A stretch of 64,000 nucleotides of DNA from Thermoproteota archaeon (GTDB lineage Archaea > Thermoproteota > Thermoprotei > Gearchaeales > Gearchaeaceae): contig JAJPJK010000018.1 of the NCBI GenBank assembly GCA_021324265.1, positions 5,404 through 69,403 on the forward strand, in the 5' to 3' direction. The position numbers were made by a program, and so were the translations under genes. This document shows positions 38,843-49,403 of this stretch, in pieces (within the stretch, counting starts at the first letter, position 1; every line of letters starts with the position of its first letter). The notes beneath the pieces are model-generated. The model did not search any database. It had not been told where the DNA came from and saw only the letters and a program-made list of their open reading frames with translations.

Positions 38843-40688
38843 AGAACCTTATAGCGACTTTAGACTTATATTTGAGTTGAATCCCTTCTTATACTTCCCT
38901 TACGGTGAATTCAAGAAAAAGCAAAAAGAATTGATAGAAAAAGTTTTCGAAGCAATACTCAAATCGAAAATCCTATTTCTAGAGGCTCCAAGCGGTTTTG
39001 GAAAGACAATTTCTTTACTTACAGGTGCATTTCCATTCGTAGATCTAAATAACGCGATATTGATCTTTGTAGCAAGGACTTATAGAGAACTCGATCGTAT
39101 TGTTGAAGAGATTCGTAAAATCCCTAATCTTAAGAATGTAAAATTTGCTGAAATCAGGGCAAAGCGCGAATTTTGCATAAATAGTAATATTAAGGATATT
39201 ACGAAAAGCGCTGAAACTTTCAATCATCTTTGCGCTTACGCGATAAGAAGCGGCCAATGCTTTTATTTCGAAAATTTCAAAAAGAAGGCCATTAAGATTC
39301 ATGATTTCCTGAAGGAAAAAAGAGGATTTAGCTTTGAAGATGTATTTGCGTTAGGCGTGAATTTAAACATTTGCCCCTATGAGCTTAACTCTGCGCTACT
39401 ATATAGTTCGAATGTTATTTTGCTTACATATACTTCTCTAATGAATCAATGGCTTCGCGCACAAATTTCTGAGCTCATGAGTAAGTATGAAAAAAAGATT
39501 TTGATTTTAGATGAAGCACACAACCTCTTGGATTTATCTGTAAATTATAGCAATATTGAAATTAATTTAACTTCATTGATTGAAGATATTAAAGATAATA
39601 AATCACTATATCCTTTCATTTTTTCATTGATTAATCTTATTGAAAATGAATCTGGGTCATCAAATTTCAAAAAGATATCTAGCTATGAGTTTTATAAAAA
39701 ATTCGTCTCTAAGTTCGGTTTAAACGTAAATGATCTCTATGACATGCTAGTCAGGCAGCAAACTAGTCGTTGGTATGATACCACAATACAGCTTTACAAT
39801 TTATTGATCAATATGTTGAAAGCTGAGAGTTTAGGTAATTTTTACGTTCTTAAGAAAGGCAGTTCTTTAATTCTTGGCTTTTATTCATTCGAAGGTGAAA
39901 AAGCTATAAATGATATTCTTTCCATGTTTGATGCCATAATTTTTTCCTCTGCAACATTGCGTCCCATAGAACCTTTACTTAGCAAAATTAAGATGCAAAA
40001 TAAGGAATTTGATTTCTTTGATATCACCGAAGTGGATCTTGCGTTGAGATCTATTGTAATAAGAAATTTAACAACTAGATATGTAGAGAGAAATACAGAG
40101 CTTTATGCATCCTTTGCTGAATTAATTTCAGAAGCTTCCATAGCCACCAAGGGTGGTCTAGCTATTTTTGTGGCTTCAAGTGAGGTAATGAAAGGAATAT
40201 TATATGCAGGTTTGGGAAATCTGATAAACAGGGATCTTTTGATTGAAGATCCAAAGCTGGATTACGAAGGGATAGTTAAATTGGTTGAAAACTTTAATGA
40301 GAAACCGGATTCAAAGGCTTTATTGGCTATACAAGGCGGCAGAATTTCTGAAGGAGAGGATTTTTCACGTGATTCCATAAAAACTGTTATCATTATAGGT
40401 ATTCCCTTTGAAGAACCTTCGCCTCTGATCAAAGAAAAGATAGATTATTATGAGAAGATTTTCCCTGGGAAAGGCTTGGAGTATGCATATATTTTGCCAG
40501 CCATAAGAAAAGTGATCCAATCAATAGGACGTGCAATGAGAAGAGAAGGATCAAATCTGAACGTAATCCTTGCAGATGGTAGGTATTGTAGCGAAAGAAT
40601 TTTTAAGTTACTACCTAGTTGGTTGGTGAAAGATGCAATCGTTATCAATTATGTTAAGGGCAAATTGAAAAGAATGCTTTATGAATGA
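38823..40688 (+). CDS. xpd: XPD/Rad3-like Fe-S DNA helicase
   Basis: APSGFGKT, four Cys (FC..LC..C..CPY), DEAHN, SATL, SEG, QSIGRAMR. Confidence 0.9.
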   Translation: MRLFMPTEPYSDFRLIFELNPFLYFPYGEFKKKQKELIEKVFEAILKSKILFLEAPSGFGKTISLLTGAFPFVDLNNAILIFVARTYRELDRIVEEIRKIPNLKNVKFAEIRAKREFCINSNIKDITKSAETFNHLCAYAIRSGQCFYFENFKKKAIKIHDFLKEKRGFSFEDVFALGVNLNICPYELNSALLYSSNVILLTYTSLMNQWLRAQISELMSKYEKKILILDEAHNLLDLSVNYSNIEINLTSLIEDIKDNKSLYPFIFSLINLIENESGSSNFKKISSYEFYKKFVSKFGLNVNDLYDMLVRQQTSRWYDTTIQLYNLLINMLKAESLGNFYVLKKGSSLILGFYSFEGEKAINDILSMFDAIIFSSATLRPIEPLLSKIKMQNKEFDFFDITEVDLALRSIVIRNLTTRYVERNTELYASFAELISEASIATKGGLAIFVASSEVMKGILYAGLGNLINRDLLIEDPKLDYEGIVKLVENFNEKPDSKALLAIQGGRISEGEDFSRDSIKTVIIIGIPFEEPSPLIKEKIDYYEKIFPGKGLEYAYILPAIRKVIQSIGRAMRREGSNLNVILADGRYCSERIFKLLPSWLVKDAIVINYVKGKLKRMLYE

Positions 40689-40728
40689 TTACTTGAATGC
40701 TTTTTAGAATGCAATGCTTATTTAGGAT

Positions 40729-41949
40729 ATGGATAAAGCATCCTTATCAAGGCTTTTCTCAAAACAACTCAGCAAGCTCCGTCTTTCGCCCATAAGAAAA
40801 GTTGCAGCGATGTTGGATGAAGCTGCAAGCAAACAAGATATAATTTCTTTTGGAGGTGGTGCTCCTAGTCTTCTACCTCCCAAAGAACTTATCGAAACAT
40901 TTATTGAAGATCTTGAAAGCAATCCAGCAGATTATTTCAAATATACAAGTACTCGTGGCGCTCTAGCTTTTAGGGAGAAAATAGCTCAAGATGTTAAGGA
41001 ATACAGCGGTGTCGATTATGACCCAGCGAAAGAGATTATAGTAACTGAAGGGTCTACAGAAGGTATCTTTTTAGTTCTGGCTTCACTCTTAGAAGAGGGA
41101 GACGAAATAATTTTGACAGATCCGACATATTTGGGATATTCTGAAATAATCTCGATGTTCAAAGCGAAAGAAGTTAGAATAAAGCAACTGAAGGAGCATG
41201 GTTATCAACCATCACTCGAAGAGCTTGAAGAAAAGATCAACAGTAAGACTAAGGCCATCCTAATAAATACTCCCGAAAATCCTACAGGAAGAATACTTTC
41301 CAGTGACGTAGCCAGAGGGATCGTTGAGATAGCGAAAGATAAAGGTATATTCGTAATAGTAGATGAAGCCTACAAACACATTGTATACGAAAAGGAAAAT
41401 ACTTATCTTCAAAAAATCGATAAGGAAAATGTCATATCAGTATGTTCATTTTCAAAAGAAGCCTCTTCTCCAGGTTTCAGGTTAGGTTATGTTTGTGCAA
41501 ACGAAGAGGTTATCACAAATCTTGAGAAGATAAAACAATTCGTGACACTTTGCTCTAATATGGTTGGACAAAAAGTGTTGATGAATTATTTAGCGAGCGA
41601 AATAAAACGGAGATATTTGAAAGAAGTCGTGATACCCACTTACAGAGCAAGGCGTGACTTCATGCTTAAAATGATTAGAAAATATCTCCCTGATTCGAAT
41701 GTTAGCACTCCTGAAGGTGGATTTTATGTATTCTTGGATTTAAGGCCATGGCTGGGCAATAAATTCGAAAACGATGAAGATGTTATGTTTGATCTCTTCA
41801 AGCGGAAAAAGCTTGTAATAATCCCTGGTTCTTATTTTGGAAAAATGGGTAAAGGGAGTTTCCGTTTAACTTTTGTTTCAGAAGATCTTGATAGAATAGA
41901 GGAAGGTATAAGAAGACTAGTAGATTATTTAGAAACAGATGCAGTCTAA
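40729..41949 (+). CDS. PLP-dependent aminotransferase class I/II
   Basis: NPTG, DEAY, SFSK..PGFRLG. Confidence 0.93.
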   Translation: MDKASLSRLFSKQLSKLRLSPIRKVAAMLDEAASKQDIISFGGGAPSLLPPKELIETFIEDLESNPADYFKYTSTRGALAFREKIAQDVKEYSGVDYDPAKEIIVTEGSTEGIFLVLASLLEEGDEIILTDPTYLGYSEIISMFKAKEVRIKQLKEHGYQPSLEELEEKINSKTKAILINTPENPTGRILSSDVARGIVEIAKDKGIFVIVDEAYKHIVYEKENTYLQKIDKENVISVCSFSKEASSPGFRLGYVCANEEVITNLEKIKQFVTLCSNMVGQKVLMNYLASEIKRRYLKEVVIPTYRARRDFMLKMIRKYLPDSNVSTPEGGFYVFLDLRPWLGNKFENDEDVMFDLFKRKKLVIIPGSYFGKMGKGSFRLTFVSEDLDRIEEGIRRLVDYLETDAV

Positions 41950-44533
41950 AGTTGATTACGAGGAAGAAGAGGAGTATGAGGCTGAGCAAGAAGAGCTTAG
42001 AGAAGAGGCAACAATTTATGAGGCAGAATCTCCTCTCAATCTAGGGCGTAGTTATATTATATCAGTAACTTATAGCGGTAAAAAAAGGTGTGCACTTGTT
42101 AAGCTATATGAACCTAATGAAGGGAAGATATACTATTGGTATGATAATACTGGCCATAAACCTTATTTTTACACCGACGTTCCTGAGGAAAGATTAAGGA
42201 CTGTAACTGCTGTTGCATTACATAGAGGTCTTCTAGGATTCGAGAAAGTTAAGCTTTATGATGCGCTACATGATAAGGTTGTAGAGCTCACTAAAATAAT
42301 CACAAAAGATCCTCTTGCAGTAGGCGGTTCTCAAAATTCTTTGAGAGAAATAATACCCGCAAAAACTAACGGGAGAGTTTGGGAGGCAAATATCAAGTAT
42401 CACTCAAGCTACATCTATGACCGCGGTCTTATCCCTGGCGCACCTTACAAAATTGTAGATGGTGATTTGATACCTGATTTTGAGGAAATTTCTCACAGTG
42501 AGTTGGAAGAGCAATTTAAGGATGAAGAAAAGGAATACTTTTTAGCGCTGAAGGAATGGTTGAGAATTTTAAATCAACCAGTCCCATTGATCAAGCATGT
42601 AGCGCTAGATATAGAGGTAGAAATGGAAACTCCTACCTTGATGCCCTCTCCTAAAAAAGCAGAAAATAGGGTGATTGCAGTTTCTTGTGTAGGAAGTGAT
42701 GGTCTGAAAAAAGTATTCCTTCTGAAGCGAAACATAGAAATGGGGACTAAGCCTAGCGATCTCGATGGAGTAGATATAGAATTAATCGATAATGAAGTTG
42801 AACTCCTTTCTAAGGTCTTTAAGATAATCGCAAGTTATCCTCTTTTGATCACTTTCAACGGTGATAACTTCGATTTAACCTACCTATTTCATAGGGCTCA
42901 AAAGCTAGGAATCCCAAGAGAGCGTATACCTATAGCTCTTGGCAAAGAGATTGCGCTAATAACTCCTGGTGTTCATGTAGATCTTTATAAATTCTTCCAT
43001 AATAAGGCAATTCAAGTTTATGCCTTCAGTAAGAAATATGATGAGGTCGATTTGAATTCAATAAGTAAGGCCTTGCTAGGCGTTGAGAAAATTGTTCTAA
43101 AGGACTTCATTAATTCTCTTCCTTTGTATGAGCTCGCTGCGTACTGCTATAGAGATGCTTGGCTCACATATTCGTTGGTCAATTTCAATGATCGCTTGGT
43201 TCTGAAGCTCTTCGTAATACTTATGCGAATAACCAAGCTTCCCATCGAAGATGTGACAAGGATAGGTATATCTAACTGGATAAAAAGCATGATATCCTTC
43301 TCATTGAGAGGCTCAAAGATTCTAATATCTAATAAGGATGAAATCGAGGAAGCTAAAGGAAAGCTCGCTACCACTGCTATCATAAAAGGTAAGAAATATC
43401 TCGGAGCTAAGGTCATAGATCCTGTACCTGGGATACATTTCAACGTTGTTGTCGTTGACTTCGCTTCGCTTTATCCTTCTATAATCAAAATATGGAACAT
43501 TTCCTATGAAACAGTTGATTGTGTCCACGAAGAATGCAAAATAGAAAGATTGCCTGGAATATCGCATTGGGCATGTAAGAAAAGAAGAGGTGTTTTCAGT
43601 ACACTTATTGGTAGTCTTAGAGACCTTAGAGTAGCATGGTATAAACCTCTATCTAAGAGGCCTGATTTGGACAAAACCACAAAGTCACAATATGAGGTAA
43701 TCCAAGCTTCAATAAAAGTCATACTCAATGCTGCATACGGTGTCCTCGGTGCTGAATCGTCTGATCTTTATTCACCTGCAGCTGCTGAGAGCGTGACTGC
43801 GATTGGTCGATATAACATAGATAAAACTATAGAAATTGCAAAAAGTATGAATTTAGAAATTATTTATGGCGATACGGATTCTCTTTTCATAAAGAATCCT
43901 CCACCGAATACGCTAAAGGAATTCATAGAAGAAGTTGAGCATGTATTGAAAGTTGATTTAGACATAGATAAGACCTACAAATATGTAGTGTTTTCACAAA
44001 GAAAAAAGAACTATTTCGGAATAACAAAGGAAGGAAATGCTGATATCAAAGGCCTGTTAGGTAAAAAGAAGCACATACCGGAGTTCGTTAAAAAGACTTT
44101 TTATGAGATCATTGATATCCTAAAGGAAATAGAACGTGTAGAAGATTTCGAACCAGCAAAAGAAAAGATCAAGAAACTAACTTATTCTCAATATTCTCTG
44201 CTTAAATCTGGGAGGATTTCCCTTTCAGATCTTGCAATCAAGGTTATGATGAATAAAAACATAGAAGACTACAATAAAACCACTCCTCAACATGTAAAAG
44301 CTGCTTTATTATTGAAGAATTTCGGAATCGAGGTCAAGGCTGGTCAAAATATTGCATATGTAAAGGTTAGGACTGCAGAAGGTGTTAAGCCTGTGCAGTT
44401 AGCTAGGTTAGACGAAATAGATGTCAATAAATACATAGAGATGATGAGGAGCAGTCTTGAGCAGTTATTGGAACCCTCTGGTATCGATTTTGAAGAAATA
44501 CTAGGTACTAGTTCGCTAGGTAAGTTTATGTAG
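41939..44533 (+). CDS. polB1: Family B DNA polymerase, crenarchaeal PolB1 type
   Basis: DNTGHKPYF N-terminus, ExoI DIEV, FNGDNFD, DFASLYPS, YGDTDS, KKNY, PQHVKAA. Confidence 0.95.
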   Translation: MQSKVDYEEEEEYEAEQEELREEATIYEAESPLNLGRSYIISVTYSGKKRCALVKLYEPNEGKIYYWYDNTGHKPYFYTDVPEERLRTVTAVALHRGLLGFEKVKLYDALHDKVVELTKIITKDPLAVGGSQNSLREIIPAKTNGRVWEANIKYHSSYIYDRGLIPGAPYKIVDGDLIPDFEEISHSELEEQFKDEEKEYFLALKEWLRILNQPVPLIKHVALDIEVEMETPTLMPSPKKAENRVIAVSCVGSDGLKKVFLLKRNIEMGTKPSDLDGVDIELIDNEVELLSKVFKIIASYPLLITFNGDNFDLTYLFHRAQKLGIPRERIPIALGKEIALITPGVHVDLYKFFHNKAIQVYAFSKKYDEVDLNSISKALLGVEKIVLKDFINSLPLYELAAYCYRDAWLTYSLVNFNDRLVLKLFVILMRITKLPIEDVTRIGISNWIKSMISFSLRGSKILISNKDEIEEAKGKLATTAIIKGKKYLGAKVIDPVPGIHFNVVVVDFASLYPSIIKIWNISYETVDCVHEECKIERLPGISHWACKKRRGVFSTLIGSLRDLRVAWYKPLSKRPDLDKTTKSQYEVIQASIKVILNAAYGVLGAESSDLYSPAAAESVTAIGRYNIDKTIEIAKSMNLEIIYGDTDSLFIKNPPPNTLKEFIEEVEHVLKVDLDIDKTYKYVVFSQRKKNYFGITKEGNADIKGLLGKKKHIPEFVKKTFYEIIDILKEIERVEDFEPAKEKIKKLTYSQYSLLKSGRISLSDLAIKVMMNKNIEDYNKTTPQHVKAALLLKNFGIEVKAGQNIAYVKVRTAEGVKPVQLARLDEIDVNKYIEMMRSSLEQLLEPSGIDFEEILGTSSLGKFM

Positions 44534-44834
44534 CCTTAATTGCATCCTTTATTATCTGTTTAGCTTTTTCCAGGTCTGGCTTCCCTTCGCTGTCTAATGG
44601 TACTCTACCCATTAAGAACTTGATTTTTCCGCTATCGTCTTGTAAAAAAACTTGCGGAACCTCAACTCCTCCGAATTCATCCTTGACTCCATAGTTAACC
44701 AAGAATTCCCAATCTTCTTCCTTTATTTCGATTTCGATATTCATCTCTTTTGAGATCTCCTCCACTATTTTCTTAACATATTTAGATGAAGCTTCCCATT
44801 CCGCTATTACAGCTATGATTTTCTTAGCGGCCAT
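44526..44834 (-). CDS. Conserved crenarchaeal thioredoxin-like-fold protein without CxxC
   Basis: EEDWEFLVNYGVKDEFGGVEVPQVF with cis-Pro-like motif. Confidence 0.6.
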   Translation of the reverse strand: MAAKKIIAVIAEWEASSKYVKKIVEEISKEMNIEIEIKEEDWEFLVNYGVKDEFGGVEVPQVFLQDDSGKIKFLMGRVPLDSEGKPDLEKAKQIIKDAIKAT

Positions 44835-44864
44835 GAGAATTCATGAGGCTTGTTGTATTTTAAT

Positions 44865-45572
44865 TTATTGTTTTAGAAGAAAACTCACGAAGCCTAAACT
44901 GAGATCTCCAAAAACTATTGTGAAAGGTATAGAGATTGCAATGTAAACCAAAAAAGGTTGCGCTTTCTCATACCATTCACACACATATTCTTTCTTTTCG
45001 AAATCGAATTCTCTAATATCCGATCCTAAATTTAGTTTGCCATTCTTAAGTGCTGGCACGTAAAACTTACTCTTATAATACTCTTCTTCACTCAACTTTT
45101 GGGAAAATATGAATAGCATGACTTTCCTTGATATCGGAGTTTTTTTATTGAAGAGCTTTTTTTCTTTGATGTACTTGTTAACGTTGTGAAAGACATTTAC
45201 GAATATGTAGAATGCAGATATTATCACAGAGTTGAAAACGATTGAAATGGGGAAAACTGGCATAACGGGTAATATTGTTTCAAATGGCGAGTATGGAATA
45301 GCTATAGATAACGTCCAGATTGCCTTAGCATCAGCTCCTCCGAATTTGAAAACATAATATAAAAGGATTCCAAACAAAAAACATGGAAGGAAGTTGATGA
45401 TTAGTTTCATTAAACCTAGCATGTAAAAAGAAGAAGGTAAAGTTAGAATCGCAAGGATTATCCATAATCTGTCTTCTACCTCGCGTTTTTTAATATCCTT
45501 GAATGTAGCAATCCCAAAAGCAATCATCGTTATCGTAAGGTTGTAAAAGATCAGGATCTCTCTTAAGTCCAC
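44865..45572 (-). CDS. Prepilin/prearchaellin peptidase (A24, PibD/FlaK-like)
   Basis: DIKKREV first Asp, FGGADAK GxGD-type motif, C-terminal PFLVYI; start placed at GTG 45572. Confidence 0.9.
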   Translation of the reverse strand: MDLREILIFYNLTITMIAFGIATFKDIKKREVEDRLWIILAILTLPSSFYMLGLMKLIINFLPCFLFGILLYYVFKFGGADAKAIWTLSIAIPYSPFETILPVMPVFPISIVFNSVIISAFYIFVNVFHNVNKYIKEKKLFNKKTPISRKVMLFIFSQKLSEEEYYKSKFYVPALKNGKLNLGSDIREFDFEKKEYVCEWYEKAQPFLVYIAISIPFTIVFGDLSLGFVSFLLKQ

Positions 45573-45614
45573 GATAAAGTAAATTTTTTTAAAGTATAAA
45601 GGCTCCCTAGTAAT

Positions 45615-46049
45615 ATGCATCCTTTAAAATCAACTGTTATAGCATACTTCGTCATAATGCATGGCATTACAACTGCCTATGCTATATTCGTTCTTCAAAC
45701 AAGTCCCTTTATAACCTTTCTAATTGCATCTATAGGTTCGCTTGTATTACTTTTGATTTCTTCTACAATTTTTTTAGATAATGTTGTTTTAACAAAGAGA
45801 GCTAAAAACAAACACTACCTCATATTTCATCTTTTATTCACGATCCCCATCACGCTTTTTTACTATCTACCAGTTTTCTATTCGAAAACGATCATTAAAG
45901 CAATAGGTTATGTCTTTCCCTCCATAGCTCAATACCTATTATGGCTCTCTTATAGCCCGGCTTATGCTTTGTTTATTTATCCACAATTTATAATATCTAT
46001 GATACTAACTTTATTTGTATATTACTATTTAAGAAGTATAAAAAAATAA
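45615..46049 (+). CDS. Hypothetical membrane protein (about 4 TM)
   Basis: Hydrophobic ORF filling the gap. Confidence 0.6.
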   Translation: MHPLKSTVIAYFVIMHGITTAYAIFVLQTSPFITFLIASIGSLVLLLISSTIFLDNVVLTKRAKNKHYLIFHLLFTIPITLFYYLPVFYSKTIIKAIGYVFPSIAQYLLWLSYSPAYALFIYPQFIISMILTLFVYYYLRSIKK

Positions 46050-47375
46050 TTATTCAGCTGTAGTTATATTTATATTTTCAACAAGTGCATAAGGAACATA
46101 TGTTGGTGTGTTTACCTCCCACCACTGGATTGGATATACACTTTTAGTTAATCCTTTAATGTTGTTCAAAATGTTTAGGAAATTGTCGGTAAGCCTTGCT
46201 CCCAATAAAGGCTGTTTAATTTCTCCGTTTTCAACCAAGAATATTCCATCCCTGAGTATAGTAGAAAAATCCCCTAACTGGTAATTCTGGAATCTCAAAT
46301 ACCAATTGTTTACAATGAACAAGCCACGTTTAACTTCTTTGAGGATCTCCTCTTCTCCAAAGTCACCCGCTTCTACATGTATAGACCAAGGATGAGGTGT
46401 TATTAAGCCGGCATTTCCTGTAGTTTGGGTATTGAATTTCTTTGCTGTAGTCAAATTGTGCAGATATGTTGAGAGCACGCCTTTTGAAATAATTTCCTTC
46501 CTTTTAGTTGGTATTCCTTCTTCATCGAACCTTGTATAGCCTGCAGATTTTTCGTTTAAAGGATCATCTATTAATGTTATATTTTCACTCCCAACCTGTT
46601 TGTTGAGTTTTCCTGCAAAATATGAATATCCCGCCTCCACGCCATACGCTGAAGTTGCGAATGCGATGTGCTCCGCTAAGCTAGCAAATATCATAGGTGC
46701 AAAAACAACTGTATATTTACCAGGATTTGCTTTCTTATGATTTACGTTTATTTTGCATATTTCACTAGCCTTATTTACAACAAGTTTCCAATTGAGATCG
46801 CTTAGATTCCTTGAAGTATATGACCATTGACCTGTAGAAGTTGAGTCTAGGAAACATCTATGATTTAACATTGCGCCTGATCTTTTGTCCTCCAGATAAA
46901 GCCCATTTGAGTTCCAGTATTTTACTTCTAGATAATTGATCTGTAATGTTCCGGCCACTCTTTTAACACCAAGGCTTAAGCTCTCATTTATAATCCCTTC
47001 AACATAACTCAAAGAATTTTCTTCAGCTTTTTTTATTTGCTCCTCAGGTTCCAAAATTTTCGGATAATTGAACTTTTCTTTTGGAAGGCTTACGTAAACT
47101 TCTTGTTCTTCTAGTTGTCTAAGCATCTTAGTTAAATTTTCAGCAAGTTGGGAAGGTTCGAAGTAAAGATCGTTGATTTGAGTTATAAGCCTCCTTTTGT
47201 TTTGTCCTATGCTAATGGAAATTAAAGAATCTTTATTGATGATAGGTATCATTATCTCGTTATTAGCATATCTCATTAGAACGGTATGGGTGTTTCTTAA
47301 GGTTGCGATGACATCCTCTACACCTTTCTCCTGTAAATTCTTAACTAAGGTTTCTATTTTATTTTCTACGCTCAT
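46050..47375 (-). CDS. TldE/PmbA family protein
   Basis: FDEEG, TTGNA, GDFST motifs; paired with TldD. Confidence 0.9.
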   Translation of the reverse strand: MSVENKIETLVKNLQEKGVEDVIATLRNTHTVLMRYANNEIMIPIINKDSLISISIGQNKRRLITQINDLYFEPSQLAENLTKMLRQLEEQEVYVSLPKEKFNYPKILEPEEQIKKAEENSLSYVEGIINESLSLGVKRVAGTLQINYLEVKYWNSNGLYLEDKRSGAMLNHRCFLDSTSTGQWSYTSRNLSDLNWKLVVNKASEICKINVNHKKANPGKYTVVFAPMIFASLAEHIAFATSAYGVEAGYSYFAGKLNKQVGSENITLIDDPLNEKSAGYTRFDEEGIPTKRKEIISKGVLSTYLHNLTTAKKFNTQTTGNAGLITPHPWSIHVEAGDFGEEEILKEVKRGLFIVNNWYLRFQNYQLGDFSTILRDGIFLVENGEIKQPLLGARLTDNFLNILNNIKGLTKSVYPIQWWEVNTPTYVPYALVENINITTAE

Positions 47376-48787
47376 TTTATCCACAAATTTCTTGCTCTTA
47401 CAGTAGGTCCGCCAAACCAAACGGGCACGCCCTGCATTGGCTCACCTTTACCACAGTTACCTGCTTCAAATTTTAAATCTTTGCCAACTGCATCGATACT
47501 TTTATAAAGTTGACCAGTAGTTACTTCTAAAACTGGCCCCCTCAATAGCCCCTTTATTTCTCCATTTTCAATCAAGTATGCTTCCAATCCGCCATATTTC
47601 TGATTCCATCTTCTGTCATCGATATTCCATTCCATATACGACTTAAAGTAAACACCTTTCTTAACATCTTCGATTAATTCTTCGAAGCTATAATCGCCCG
47701 GCTCAATATATGTATTAGCCATTCTTATCAAAGGTTCATTGAAATATGCAGTAGATCTAGCTGAACCATTACTTTTCAGCGATAATTTAGCTGCATATTC
47801 TTTATTTAATAGGAATTCTTCTACAACGCCATTCTTAATTAAATACCGCTTTCTTGCTGGTACCCCTTCTTCATCGTACACATAGAAACCCAAGGATTTT
47901 TCTATGAGCGGGTCATCACATATTGACAACACGTCGCTACCTATCTTTTCCTTTTTGAGCATATCAACCTTTAAATATGATTCTCCTCCCTGTGCAGCTT
48001 CTCTTCCGAGTATTCTATCTGCTTCGAAGGGATGACCACAAGATTCGTGGGAAATTAGGCCTGTAATTTCACCATCGATGATTACATCATAATAGCCAGC
48101 TTCTTTGAGCTTTTCACCTTGATCTAGGATTTTCCCCAAAACTTTAGCATCCTCTATAGCTTTTTTCTCGATCTCCAATTCCTTTAAGTATTCTAGGCCT
48201 GAAGATCCCCCCTCAGATTGCATCCTTTGCAATACACCTTTTTGTGGATCTATTGTAGTAAAGAATCTGTAAACAGTTACATAGGGAATTATATGCGTTA
48301 TCTTTGACCCATCACTATTAACATATCCTCTTTCTTGTACTGCTCCTGTATAGCCCAATACTCTCATCGATGTCCTTTGTTCAGTTTCTAGAATTCTTTT
48401 GTCAAGTTCTTTCAGATCTTTTATTATGTCATCGACATCTGTGTTGACCGGGTCGATCTTAGGCTTGACAACTATTGTATCTTTATAGGCCCTTGTTCTT
48501 TCAATTGTATTTACTCCTCCTTTAGAATTGGCTCTAGCCATCTTAACAGCCTTTTGGGCGCATTCAATTACGCTCTCTTTAGTTAGAACGTTTGTAGATG
48601 CAAAGCCAAAGGATTTATCTACTAATACTCGAACACCTATGCCTCTGTATGCATTCAGACTTGAACTTCTTATTTTGCCATTTAATAATTCGAGATGAAC
48701 CAACTTGGCGTTTTGATATTTTGCCTCAGCGTACTTTGCACCATTTTTAAGTCCTTCTTGAACAGCAAGCTCTAGTAAATCTTCCAT
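47372..48787 (-). CDS. tldD: TldD family metalloprotease
   Basis: HESCGHPFEAD, YDEEG, RMANT, CGKGEP. Confidence 0.93.
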   Translation of the reverse strand: MEDLLELAVQEGLKNGAKYAEAKYQNAKLVHLELLNGKIRSSSLNAYRGIGVRVLVDKSFGFASTNVLTKESVIECAQKAVKMARANSKGGVNTIERTRAYKDTIVVKPKIDPVNTDVDDIIKDLKELDKRILETEQRTSMRVLGYTGAVQERGYVNSDGSKITHIIPYVTVYRFFTTIDPQKGVLQRMQSEGGSSGLEYLKELEIEKKAIEDAKVLGKILDQGEKLKEAGYYDVIIDGEITGLISHESCGHPFEADRILGREAAQGGESYLKVDMLKKEKIGSDVLSICDDPLIEKSLGFYVYDEEGVPARKRYLIKNGVVEEFLLNKEYAAKLSLKSNGSARSTAYFNEPLIRMANTYIEPGDYSFEELIEDVKKGVYFKSYMEWNIDDRRWNQKYGGLEAYLIENGEIKGLLRGPVLEVTTGQLYKSIDAVGKDLKFEAGNCGKGEPMQGVPVWFGGPTVRARNLWIK

Positions 48788-48818
48788 TACTGGAATAATC
48801 GTAGAGATAAAGATATTT

Positions 48819-49403
48819 TTATCGAAGATTATCCAAATTGAAAATCAATCTGAGAATAGCTGCCGTATTTCCAAAAAGGAATATGATAAGTAAAACGATG
48901 TCAATTGATCTAACGTAAATGGGATAGAATAAAGCGCCTAGTATAAGTAAAATGATTCTATCTGCTCTCTCGCCTATTATCGTTTTAGCCTTTACTTTGG
49001 ATTGTTCAATGTTTAGCTCAAGCTTAGCTCTAACATAGGATGGTATCATGCTTCCAAATATTGCAAGTACGATGAAAAGCCAGTCAGCGAGTTTAGCTAG
49101 TCCTATTGCAGCTAAAGGAACGAAATCTGAATATCTGTCTAGGACTGAATCGAGAACATTACCCAGTTTAGTTTCCTTACCTCCTTTTCTTGCTACTATA
49201 CCGTCTAGCACATCCATAATACCTGTGAAGGCAAGAAATATCGCACCCAATATGGGGTTTCTAAAATAGAAGAAGACTGCTGAAATTAAGGATAATAAAA
49301 ACCCTGCAAGCGTAAGCATGTTTGGCTCTACGTTTATTCTTATTAAATATGCCGCAATCGAAGAAAGTAACTCTTCTATTCTTTTCCTTAAATAACCCAG
49401 CAT
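48819..49403 (-). CDS. CDP-alcohol phosphatidyltransferase (archaetidylinositol phosphate synthase-like)
   Basis: DVLDGIVAR...G..LDSVLDRYSD signature. Confidence 0.92.
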   Translation of the reverse strand: MLGYLRKRIEELLSSIAAYLIRINVEPNMLTLAGFLLSLISAVFFYFRNPILGAIFLAFTGIMDVLDGIVARKGGKETKLGNVLDSVLDRYSDFVPLAAIGLAKLADWLFIVLAIFGSMIPSYVRAKLELNIEQSKVKAKTIIGERADRIILLILGALFYPIYVRSIDIVLLIIFLFGNTAAILRLIFNLDNLR